The notes under the pieces are model-generated. The model searched no databases. It saw only the letters and a list, made by a program, of their open reading frames with translations, and was not told the origin of the DNA. A stretch of 10,104 nt of DNA from Planctomycetaceae bacterium (GTDB lineage Bacteria > Planctomycetota > Planctomycetia > Planctomycetales > Planctomycetaceae): the NCBI GenBank assembly GCA_027489895.1, contig JAIXZD010000126.1, positions 1 through 10,104 on the forward strand. The letters are read 5' to 3'. Within the stretch, counting starts at the first letter, position 1; each line of letters begins with the position of its first letter. Made by a program: the position numbers and the translations under genes. Positions 1-6,620 of this stretch are shown here, one piece after another.

Positions 1-743
1 CCCGCCAGCGCCGTCGCCCGCCCTGTCATCAGCCGCTTCAACCAGGCCAACCCCTGGCCAGTCCGCGTGCTCACCGGGACCGTCTCGTAACCCAGCCCGG
101 AATACAGCCCGACCACCGGCTGCAGGTCGACCGGGTCGACCAGATCGACCTTGTTGATGACGACAATCGGCTGGATCTCTCCCAGGCTGGCAGAGATCAG
201 GTAGCGATCGATGAGACTCGGCTTGAGATGCGGGTCGCCCGCCGATCCGACAATCAGAATCTGGTCGACGTTCGCGACCAGAATATGCCGTCGCCCTTTG
301 GCTTTTCGCGACAACATTCCCCTTCGGGATTCGACCCGTTCGATCACCCCCTGCGATTCGGTGTCGGGGCGGACGAGGACCCGGTCCCCGGCCACCACCG
401 CGCTACGATGGCCCGTCACCATCGTCTTGAGGACCCGCCGAACGGTGCATTCCATCTGCCGGCCATCATCCAGGGCGACGACGTAGCCCGCACCGCGGGA
501 GACGAGCACGCGGCCCGCAACGCAGCCGACGACGTTGATGTCACGAATGAGATCGCCATCGGCACCCGTCTGGCCGATGACGGTGCGGGCACGGGTCAGT
601 TCACCCCGTCCCGAAATCCGCTCGTCGTTGGCGAGCTTGTCCAACGTCTCATCGGACGACAGGTCCGCCGCCTGCAACTGCCGACGCGGCGGCTTCCGCC
701 GGTTCTTCTGAAACTCGACTCGGATCTTCTTTTTGGCAGACAC
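1..743 (-). CDS. rsgA: Ribosome small-subunit-dependent GTPase A (RsgA/YjeQ/EngC), N-terminal ~247 codons. The 3' part of the gene, including the G1 P-loop, lies beyond the window start.
   Basis: Reverse-strand translation from GTG at 743..741 reads VSAKKKIRVEFQKNRRKPP...GELTRARTVIGQTGADGDLIRDINVVGCVAGRVLVSRGAGYVVALDDGRQMECTVRRVLKTMVTGHRSAVVAGDRVLV (OB-fold). It continues GRRHILVANVDQILIVGSAGDPHLKPSLIDRYLISASLGEIQPIVVINKVDLV...STRTGQGLAWLKRLMTGRATALAG. This is collinear with E. coli RsgA (AANIDQIVIV / IDRYLV / VLNKIDL / LTGRISIFAG), including the circularly permuted order with the G4 NKxD motif before G1. There is no in-frame stop before the window edge. The track omits this ORF because it is open-ended. 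Start codon choice (GTG 743) is uncertain. Confidence 0.85.
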   Translation of the reverse strand, partial: MSAKKKIRVEFQKNRRKPPRRQLQAADLSSDETLDKLANDERISGRGELTRARTVIGQTGADGDLIRDINVVGCVAGRVLVSRGAGYVVALDDGRQMECTVRRVLKTMVTGHRSAVVAGDRVLVRPDTESQGVIERVESRRGMLSRKAKGRRHILVANVDQILIVGSAGDPHLKPSLIDRYLISASLGEIQPIVVINKVDLVDPVDLQPVVGLYSGLGYETVPVSTRTGQGLAWLKRLMTGRATALA

Positions 744-789
744 GCGGGGCAGGTCCCCAACAGCGAACGGAGAACTCGATCAAAATGCC

Positions 790-806
790 GGGGCACGCGA
801 CGCCCC
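790..806 (-). other. Short GC hairpin (GGGGC-ACGCGAC-GCCCC) in the 167-bp gap between the FHA gene stop and the rsgA start. Possible intra-operon structure.
   Basis: Directly visible 5-bp GC stem with a 7-nt loop. No U-tract. Function unknown. Confidence 0.15.
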
Positions 807-910
807 ACGGAGTCTAATCGTACCCGACCCACCTGGCGGCATGGAGTCCTGGCCCCAGATCAGACCCAATTCCAACGGATAGCCGCCTCATTCACGGAAC
901 CAGTCCCACG

Positions 911-1393
911 TCAATCGCCGGTGAGCCACTTCATGGCTTCGTCTTCGTCGGGGTTGGCAGGGGGAGGCGGGGGAACGGCGGGCGTCGGCTTTGGAGGGCG
1001 TTTGGGAGCGGGACGCGGGGTCTCTTGCAGAACATCCCCCAGCAGGCCGGCTTTTCGCAGTAACCCCACGCTCAGATCGACACCATCTTCCGGTTTGGGA
1101 CCGGCGGTAAGCGGGGTGTAGGCAATTGTGTAGTAGTGCCGGCCAAAGCCGACTTCGTCGCCAGACATCAGGAACTTCGCGTCGACCCGCTCGCCGTTCA
1201 CGCGCACCCCGTTGGCGCTGCCCAGATCGCGAATCTGCCAGTAACCGTTGACCAGTTCCAGCTCGCAATGCTTCCCGGAGACATTCGCAAAATTGATGCA
1301 GATATCGCAACTGTCCCGTCGCCCGACGAGCAGTTTTTTCTTGAGGAGCGGAATCTCCTCTCCACCACCACGGGGTGTGAGCACGCCGTACAT
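911..1393 (-). CDS. Small FHA (forkhead-associated, phosphothreonine-binding) domain protein with a Pro-rich C-terminal tail.
   Basis: 160-aa ORF with an ATG start. The sequence KKKLLVGRRDSCDICINFANVSGKHCELELVNGYWQIRDLGSANGVRVNGERV matches the canonical FHA signature (G-R...D..I....VSR.H..I......W.I.DL.S.NGT.VNG..V). The C-terminal PRPAPKRPPKPTPAVPPPPPANPDEDE is low complexity. It sits on the same strand 167 bp upstream of rsgA, so co-transcription is likely. Confidence 0.8.
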   Translation of the reverse strand: MYGVLTPRGGGEEIPLLKKKLLVGRRDSCDICINFANVSGKHCELELVNGYWQIRDLGSANGVRVNGERVDAKFLMSGDEVGFGRHYYTIAYTPLTAGPKPEDGVDLSVGLLRKAGLLGDVLQETPRPAPKRPPKPTPAVPPPPPANPDEDEAMKWLTGD

Positions 1394-1591
1394 AGTCCCG
1401 AAAGCCTGCGTTCAGGAAATCGCGCCGGGAAACCTGCGCTCGAACAATTGAGCCCGCCTGTTCCGCCACCAGCCACGCGGCTGAACTCGGCTGCTTCATG
1501 GAGTGTAGCAGAACCTCCCGAGTGGCAGAAAATGGGAAAATGTCAGTTCGGCACCGGGGAGTGCGCGGCGGTCGCCCGGGTTGGTGAGGAG

Positions 1592-1775
1592 GGTTTTTGC
1601 CCACCACCAAGGCACAAAGGCACCAAGGAAAGACAGGGCAGGGGGGCTGGAGCGAATCCGTCGACACACGCGACGAGGGAGTGATCAGGGAGTAATCAGG
1701 GCGAGCCGACCAGACTTCGCACCAGAGCTTGATCTGTCTTTCCTTGGTGCTCTTGGTGTCTTGGTGGTGAAAACC
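1592..1775. repeat. Long imperfect inverted repeat. The ~45-nt arms (1592..1636 and 1734..1775) flank a 97-bp spacer. Each arm carries three tandem CACCAAG(G/A) heptads, so there are six CACCAAG/CTTGGTG units in total.
   Basis: Seen directly. The left arm is gggtttttgcc-CACCACCAAGG-CACAAAGG-CACCAAGG-aaagacag. The reverse complement of the right arm (ctgtctttccttggtgctcttggtgtcttggtggtgaaaacc) is ggtttt-CACCACCAAGA-CACCAAGA-GCACCAAGG-aaagacag. That is roughly 35 of 36 core positions matching, with 3-4 mismatches or indels. It lies in the divergent intergenic region between the FHA gene (start 1393, minus strand) and the GTPase gene. Confidence 0.7.
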
Positions 1776-1880
1776 AAAAGTCCGAAGTGGGGAAACATCA
1801 TCGCGTCTTCGCTCAGCTCCCTCCCGGAATCCGCTGAGTTGGTATCCTGTTCCCAGAGGCTCCGTCCCGACCCGGCTCGC

Positions 1881-3695
1881 GTGAACCGCATTGTGATCGA
1901 ATCCGCTGCTGAACTGTCCCACCTGGCGCTCCTGGGTCGGATCGATGAGTTTTCCGACCGGCTGGCCGCGTGGTGCGAGCATCCCGGCCATTGGCAACCG
2001 GCCCGGGCCGAGCAGTTTTTCTTGCGGCGAGTCCGCGAACGGCTGGACAAGATCCGTGCGCGGATCACGGCGCCGCTGGTCGTCGCCACGTTTGGCGGAA
2101 CCGGGACGGGGAAAAGTTCGCTCGTCAATGCGCTCGTGGGCGACGATGTCACCCGGAGCGGCCGACAACGACCAACCACGACCCGCCCCATTCTGATTGT
2201 CGGTCCCGAAACCGATCTTGCGGCGATCAGTTTTCTCACGGTCGAAGACTGTGAAGTCGTGCAGGCCTCTGGCCTCCTGCTCGACCAGATGGTGCTGCTC
2301 GACTGCCCCGACCCGAACACGAGTGAAACGGATGGAGAGGGCACAAACCTCGATCGTCTTCGGCGCATGCTGCCCCATGTCGATGTCCTGCTGTGTACCG
2401 CCACCCAGGAAACCTACGCGTCGTCGCGGGTGCTGGAAGAGCTGGCGGGCGCGGCCGAGGGCTGTCGGCTCGTCTTCGTGCAGACTCGGGCCCACCTCGA
2501 CAGCGATATTCGCGACGATTGGCGCGATCGGCTGGGCGATTCGTTCGAAGTTCCCGAGATGTTTTTCGTCGACTCCGTCGAAGCGCTCGACGACCACAGG
2601 AACGGTCGTCCTCCCACTGGCGAGTTCGCGCGACTGACGCATCTGCTGACCCATGAACTCGCAGCGACCGAGCGAATTCGGGTGCGGTGGGCGAATGTCG
2701 GCGATCTGGCTTCTCGGGCGATGGGAGATGCGTCGGCCCGACTGGAGCGTGCGGTCCCGCGACTAACGCAACTCGAAGACAAGCTGAATCGGCAGCGCGA
2801 CGAAGTGGCCCGAAGCTGGCTCTCCGAGATCGAGCGTGAACTCGGCGCGAATCGTGGCCTGTGGGAGCGGCGGCTGCTCGCGGGGGTGTCGCGACAGTGG
2901 GGGGCGACGCCGTTCAGCCTGCTGATGAAGTTCACGGGGGGGTTGGGCGGCTGGTTCGCTTCGCTGGCGCTGGCTCGTTCCCGATCCGTCGCACAAATGG
3001 CGCTGGTCGGCGCGACCGAGCTCGCTCGACTCGCGGCGCGGGAGGCGGGCGATCTGGGGGCCGAAGAGAGATTTTTGCTGGCCGCAACCGGGCCGATCGA
3101 CGAGGCCCGCCTGAAGGGATTGCGGCTGGTCGCCCTGGGGTATGCCCGTGATGCCGGTCTGGAGCTGCCCCCTCAACGAGAGTCTTCGACACTGGCGGAA
3201 AGTCGTCCGGTTGTGATGGGCGAACTGGCCGCCCGAACGCGCTCCGCCATCGAGGGCGCCGTGGACGAGACGGCGCGGTCGAGCGGTCGACTGACGCGGT
3301 TCGCCTGCGAGTGTGCCATCATCGGTTATGTGGTTTACGCGCTCGCCAAGCCCGCGAAGAACTTCTTTTACGAGCACCCCTGGCTGGATGCGCCGCTGCT
3401 CAGTTCCGACTACTACATCCACGCCGGGCTGTTCTTCGTGCTTCTGACCGGGCTGCTTGTCGTCTGGATGACGTCTGTTCTGCGGCGCGCGTTGCGCCGC
3501 CGCCTGCCTGCGGCGTTGCGACGTCTGATCGAAACGGGCCGAGAGCCGCTGCACGCCGATCTCGACGCGGCCCGGTCCGCCGCGCAGGAGCAGGTCGACG
3601 CGCTTCTGAAGCTGCGCGGGATGGCCGACGCACTCCGTCCGGTTGCGACCTCTGCGGGACGCCTAGGGCGGCGGATCGCTCAGACCGTCCCGTGA
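1881..3695 (+). CDS. Large dynamin-like (BDLP/YjdA-like) P-loop GTPase with a C-terminal membrane-inserting hairpin. The start is uncertain: in-frame candidates are TTG 1581, GTG 1764/1767, and GTG 1881/1893.
   Basis: The G1 P-loop is VVATFGGTGTGKSSLVNALVG (about nt 2085..2150). The switch-I-like segment is RPTTTRPILIV. The G3-like segment is MVLLDCPDPNT and the G4-like segment is LVFVQTRAHLDS. A long helical middle region follows. Near the C-terminus there are two hydrophobic helices, CECAIIGYVVYALAKPAKNFFYEHPWLDAPLLSSDYYIHAGLFFVLLTGLLVVWMTSVL (about nt 3300..3480), and then an Arg/Ala-rich helix. At ~600-700 aa, with the GTPase at the N-terminus and a paddle near the C-terminus, the architecture mirrors bacterial dynamin-like proteins. 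There is no in-frame ATG in the first 230 codons of the maximal ORF. The maximal ORF's 5' end overlaps the inverted-repeat element, so I favour a downstream GTG start. A start at 1881 places the P-loop ~73 aa from the N-terminus, as in BDLPs. Confidence 0.6.
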   Translation: MNRIVIESAAELSHLALLGRIDEFSDRLAAWCEHPGHWQPARAEQFFLRRVRERLDKIRARITAPLVVATFGGTGTGKSSLVNALVGDDVTRSGRQRPTTTRPILIVGPETDLAAISFLTVEDCEVVQASGLLLDQMVLLDCPDPNTSETDGEGTNLDRLRRMLPHVDVLLCTATQETYASSRVLEELAGAAEGCRLVFVQTRAHLDSDIRDDWRDRLGDSFEVPEMFFVDSVEALDDHRNGRPPTGEFARLTHLLTHELAATERIRVRWANVGDLASRAMGDASARLERAVPRLTQLEDKLNRQRDEVARSWLSEIERELGANRGLWERRLLAGVSRQWGATPFSLLMKFTGGLGGWFASLALARSRSVAQMALVGATELARLAAREAGDLGAEERFLLAATGPIDEARLKGLRLVALGYARDAGLELPPQRESSTLAESRPVVMGELAARTRSAIEGAVDETARSSGRLTRFACECAIIGYVVYALAKPAKNFFYEHPWLDAPLLSSDYYIHAGLFFVLLTGLLVVWMTSVLRRALRRRLPAALRRLIETGREPLHADLDAARSAAQEQVDALLKLRGMADALRPVATSAGRLGRRIAQTVP

Positions 3696-3760
3696 GGGCG
3701 GTTTTGTGGCGGAAGCCGTGAGGCTGCTGGTGGTAGCGGAAGCCGTGAGGCTTCCCCCGG
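3683..3760. repeat. 27-bp tandem repeat, about 2.5 units, just after the GTPase stop codon. An exact 17-mer, GCGGAAGCCGTGAGGCT, occurs at 3709..3725 and again at 3736..3752. The CCGTGAGG core also occurs at 3690.
   Basis: Seen directly. The CCGTGAGG core occurs at 3690, 3717 and 3744, a period of 27. It lies in the convergent 3' intergenic region. Confidence 0.55.
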
Positions 3761-3793
3761 CGTGCAATTGATGTTGAATGCGTCCGGGGAGGG

Positions 3794-3837
3794 TTAGCGG
3801 TCGGAAGCGCGAAGCTTCCGGGCGCTAACGCTTCCGG
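3794..3837. terminator. GC-rich imperfect palindrome, candidate bidirectional intrinsic terminator between the convergent GTPase (+) and GNAT (-) genes.
   Basis: TTAGCG-GT-CGGAAGC-gcgaa-GCTTCCG-GG-CGCTAA gives a stem of about 13 bp with one internal 2-nt mismatch. It contains a HindIII-like AAGCTT centre. An extra CGCTTCCGG copy at 3829..3837 allows alternative pairing. It sits ~100 nt after the GTPase stop and ~155 nt after the GNAT stop. There is no U-tract, as is common in high-GC genomes. Confidence 0.35.
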
Positions 3838-3991
3838 CTCTCTTCGCGGAGTTTGGTCGCCCGGAACTTCGCGACGTGACCTCTGTCCTGCGTGGACTTC
3901 CCCGGCGTTGCGAGTCTTGGGAACTCTCACGAGTTCCGCTACGGCAAGATGACCTACCGACGCGATGGACTACGACTGGCGGGGAAACGCT

Positions 3992-4591
3992 TTAGCGCCA
4001 CATTGGGCCGACGCCTGCGACTTCCTGTTCGACCGCCTTGTACGACGTTTTGACGAGTCGAAACCCGAGCGAGCGATACAGTTGCACAGCGGGGGCGTTG
4101 TTGGCCGTCACCTCCAGGAAGGTCGACCGCAGGCCAGCTTCCCGAAAGCCCCACAGCGCTTTGGCGACCAGCAGCCGCCCCAGCCCCAGACCGCGATGTT
4201 CGGGGGCCACGCCCACATTCTGGATCGCACCGATCGACTCCGAGCGAAACAGCCGGTCGACCGTGCCGATCAGGCCCTGAATCGTCGCAGCGTCTTCGTA
4301 GTTCTCATCGCTGTGGAGCTGCGTGATCAACCAGGTCGCCTGCGGCAAAAAGCCTTCGCGACGGGTGATCTCGCTCATCAGCCGCAGGCAGCCTTCGTGC
4401 GTCGAGAGCGAGGGAAAGACATGCGCATCGATTTCGGCGTTGAAGCTGCGGTACTTTGTCCAGGCGTGCCGTTCCAGGCGATCGGGACGCCACGGAGTCC
4501 AGACGTACCCGTCGGGTAGCCGCGGCTCGGGAAGCCGGGCGGTGCGAAAGTCGAGTTCCATGCGGAACCGCTTGTAGTACACCAGCGACAT
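3992..4591 (-). CDS. GNAT-family N-acetyltransferase, ~199 aa. I take the start as the internal ATG at 4591..4589. The track's 346-aa ORF ending at 5032 is over-extended.
   Basis: The sequence MSLVYYKRFRMELDF...IQNVGVAPEHRGLGLGRLLVAKALWGFREAGLRSTFLEVTANNAPAVQLYRSLGFRLV contains the GNAT motif A (Q/R-x-x-G-x-G/A, acetyl-CoA binding) and the motif B region. The upstream 147 codons of the maximal ORF (4592..5032) are Arg/Gly/Ser-rich low complexity with no domain signature. They would also overlap the start of the neighbouring AAA+ gene. Confidence 0.8.
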   Translation of the reverse strand: MSLVYYKRFRMELDFRTARLPEPRLPDGYVWTPWRPDRLERHAWTKYRSFNAEIDAHVFPSLSTHEGCLRLMSEITRREGFLPQATWLITQLHSDENYEDAATIQGLIGTVDRLFRSESIGAIQNVGVAPEHRGLGLGRLLVAKALWGFREAGLRSTFLEVTANNAPAVQLYRSLGFRLVKTSYKAVEQEVAGVGPMWR

Positions 4592-4942
4592 AATGGACGA
4601 CCACCAGGACCAACAGTCAGCGGACGCAGAACAGTCGACCGAACCGCGGATGCGTTCCGTCGCCCCGGTGGCCCCCGGTCGAAACAGACATCTGCCGGCG
4701 CGCAACCGCCCGAGACCACCAAGTGTAGCGCGCCTAAACGCGACGTCAATCACGGCGTGGCGGGACCAGGGAAACAACTCAGTCACAGTGCCCAATTGAC
4801 GGACAAGGCAGGAGATTTGCCCTCGCCGTCGGGCTGGCCGCGTGACGACTTCGCCGCCTTTGACGGTTTCAACCGCCGGGGGGGGATTTCGCCCCCTCAC
4901 GACAGACGCTCTTTTTCCGACCAGAGAGTCGACCGTGCCCCT

Positions 4943-4948
4943 ATAATC
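4943..4948 (+). promoter_or_regulatory. Perfect TATAAT hexamer 63 bp upstream of the AAA+ ATPase start. Candidate -10 element.
   Basis: cccctATAATcg stands out in a ~65% GC context. No convincing TTGACA-like -35 at 17±1 bp spacing (TTCCGA at 4915 is too far, and TTGACG at 4796 is too distant). Planctomycete promoter consensus is poorly defined. Confidence 0.2.
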
Positions 4949-5010
4949 GTTGCATTCCGGTTGTTCGCGCGTCGTGGCCTGGCCCGACTGTTCCTGAGAA
5001 AACGTGCTGT

Positions 5011-6429
5011 ATGCCTGCTCTTCCAACGACACTGGGTGCTCTTCGCGACTCCGGCTACCAATCCCGCTCGGTCAAGCAGGAGATGCGGGACAACCTCATC
5101 CGCAAACTGCGGGCGGGCGAACCGCTGTTCCCGGGGATCGTGGGCTACGAGGAAACCGTCTTCCCCCAGATCGAACAGGCGATTCTCTCGAAGCACGACA
5201 TCCTGTTTCTCGGTCTCCGCGGCCAGGGCAAAACCCGGATGCTGCGAATGCTGGTTAATCTGCTCGATCCCGCGCTGCCTGTGATCGCCGGGTCGGAGAT
5301 CAACGACGACCCGCTCGCTCCGCTCTCGAAGTTCGGCCGCGAACAGGTGGCCCGGCTGGGGGAAGACTGCCCGGTCGCCTGGCTGCCCCCGGCCGACCGC
5401 TACAAGGAAAAGCTGGCGACTCCTGATGTGACGATCGCCGACCTCGTCGGTGAGATCGACCTCATCAAACATGCCGACGGCAAGCATCTCTCCAACGAAG
5501 ATGTGCTGCATTTCGGGCTGATTCCGCGCAGCCATCGCGGCATTTTCTGCATGAATGAACTGCCCGACCTTGGCCCGAAAATTCAGGTCGGCCTGTTCAA
5601 TATTCTCGAAGAGCGCGACATCCAGATTCGCGGGTTCCCGGTCCGACTCGACCTCGATGTCCAGATGGTGTTTAGCGCGAATCCCGAGGATTACACCAAC
5701 CGCGGACGGATCGTCACGCCGCTCAAGGACCGCATTGGCTCGGTCGTCGAGACGCATTACCCGGCGACCCGCGACCTGGGCATTCAGATCATCGAAGAGA
5801 ATGCCTGGACGCAGCGGGATAGCGGCGTCGCCGTCGTCGTGCCCAAGTTCATGAAGGAGATCGTCGAAGAGACCTCGCGGCTGGCGCGGACCAGCCCGCA
5901 CGTCAACCAGGCGTCGGGCGTCAGCGTGCGGATGTCGATCGCCAACTACGAGAACCTGATCTCCGCGGCCGAGCGGCGGGGCATCCGTCAGGGGGAAGAG
6001 ACCGTCGTGCCGCGGGTCAGCGACCTCGCGGCCCTCCTGGCGAGCTCACGCGGCAAGCTCGAATTGAACATGACCGAAGAAGTCGGCCAGGAAGACCGCC
6101 TGATCGAACGGATCATCGGCGAAGCGGTCAAAAATCTGTTCGATGCGAAGTTCAAGCCGAACCAGTTCAAAAGCGTGATCGAGCATTTTGAAACCGATAA
6201 GACGTTGTCGCTGGGCGACGCGCTCTCGACCGCCGATGTCGTCTCGCGACTGGGCGAGATTCGCGACTTCCGCAAGCAGATCGACCTGGCGGCCCGCGAG
6301 ATTGCCGGTGATCTGCCCGCGAGCGCTGCCCAGGTGGCCTGCGTGGGAGAGTTCATCCTCGAGGCGCTGCACTGCCACAATCGGCTGAACAAGCAGTCGC
6401 GGGGCGGCCAGGCGACGTTCCGCCGGTAG
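5011..6429 (+). CDS. AAA+ ATPase of the Mg-chelatase ChlI/BchI (MoxR-like) family, with a ~120-aa C-terminal extension.
   Basis: The Walker A motif is DILFLGLRGQGKTRMLRML. The Walker B motif is GIFCMNELPDL. The stretch VGLFNILEERDIQIRGFPVRLDLDVQMVFSANPED is collinear with BchI [37 protein letters not shown]. The N-terminal PGIVGYEETVFPQIEQAIL resembles ChlI's IVGQE.MK.ALLL. The sensor-2 region is present. ATG start at 5011. Confidence 0.8.
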   Translation: MPALPTTLGALRDSGYQSRSVKQEMRDNLIRKLRAGEPLFPGIVGYEETVFPQIEQAILSKHDILFLGLRGQGKTRMLRMLVNLLDPALPVIAGSEINDDPLAPLSKFGREQVARLGEDCPVAWLPPADRYKEKLATPDVTIADLVGEIDLIKHADGKHLSNEDVLHFGLIPRSHRGIFCMNELPDLGPKIQVGLFNILEERDIQIRGFPVRLDLDVQMVFSANPEDYTNRGRIVTPLKDRIGSVVETHYPATRDLGIQIIEENAWTQRDSGVAVVVPKFMKEIVEETSRLARTSPHVNQASGVSVRMSIANYENLISAAERRGIRQGEETVVPRVSDLAALLASSRGKLELNMTEEVGQEDRLIERIIGEAVKNLFDAKFKPNQFKSVIEHFETDKTLSLGDALSTADVVSRLGEIRDFRKQIDLAAREIAGDLPASAAQVACVGEFILEALHCHNRLNKQSRGGQATFRR

Positions 6430-6460
6430 GTGAGGGTGCGCTGGAGGAGCCGCGGTGCGG

Positions 6461-6479
6461 GGGAAGCGTCACCGCTTCC
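6461..6479 (+). terminator. Small GC hairpin 32 nt downstream of the AAA+ stop codon. Candidate terminator or attenuator ahead of the P-type ATPase gene.
   Basis: GGGAAGCG-tcac-CGCTTCC gives a 7-bp stem with a 4-nt loop. No U-tract. Confidence 0.25.
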
Positions 6480-6620
6480 GCTACAGGCGTTTGGCTGGGG
6501 GGAGGCGTCGGGGCTGAATTCGCTGGCGGAGGCTGGTGGGCAGGGGGCACACTGGGAGTTTGCCGGTCTGCCGATTCAGTCCGCCCTGGTGGGCTGTGAC
6601 GACCCTGCGTTTGAGTTGCG

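Noticed and set aside
228-1121. 297-aa plus-strand ORF, with a nested 211..486 ORF.
   Set aside because: It is antisense to the clearly recognisable rsgA coding sequence. The product is low complexity (GGGGGTAGVGFGGRLGAGRG). Shadow ORF.
1592-1775. Interpretation of the long inverted repeat as a bona fide MITE or IS remnant.
   Set aside because: No direct target-site duplication flanks the arms (left flank ggtgaggag, right flank aaaagtccg). No transposase ORF is nearby. It is kept as a repeat or structured element only. MITE status needs genome-wide copy evidence.
1685-2404. 239-aa minus-strand ORF and several 80-150-aa ORFs (1945..2196, 1970..2254, 2197..2637, 2393..2656, 2414..2935, 2763..3554, 2861..3151, 2932..3192, 3311..3721, 3400..3930).
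   Set aside because: All lie inside, or antisense to, the dynamin-like GTPase gene, which has clear P-loop motifs in its own frame. Their sequences are Ser/Arg/Ala-rich with no motifs. GC-skewed third positions keep alternative frames open.
888-2654. 588-aa minus-strand ORF spanning the FHA gene region and antisense to the GTPase gene.
   Set aside because: The translation is Arg/Gly/Pro-rich low complexity with no domain signature. It overlaps two well-supported genes, the FHA gene in another frame and the GTPase gene antisense. It is a typical high-GC shadow ORF.
4897-5901. 334-aa minus-strand ORF antisense to the AAA+ ATPase gene, plus the 5004..5258 and 5555..5854 plus-strand ORFs and the 5988..6392 and 6046..6378 minus-strand ORFs.
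   Set aside because: The AAA+ frame carries unambiguous Walker A/B and ChlI-collinear motifs. The alternative frames give low-complexity products. Shadow ORFs.
3934-6488. A shared TTCCGCTAC(A)GGC motif at 3934..3945 and 6476..6488, and recurring GGAAGCG/CGCTTCC heptamers in several hairpins.
   Set aside because: Matches of 9-12 nt are expected many times by chance in 10 kb of GC-biased sequence. I could not distinguish this from coincidence. Only the local palindromes and the 27-bp tandem repeat are reported.
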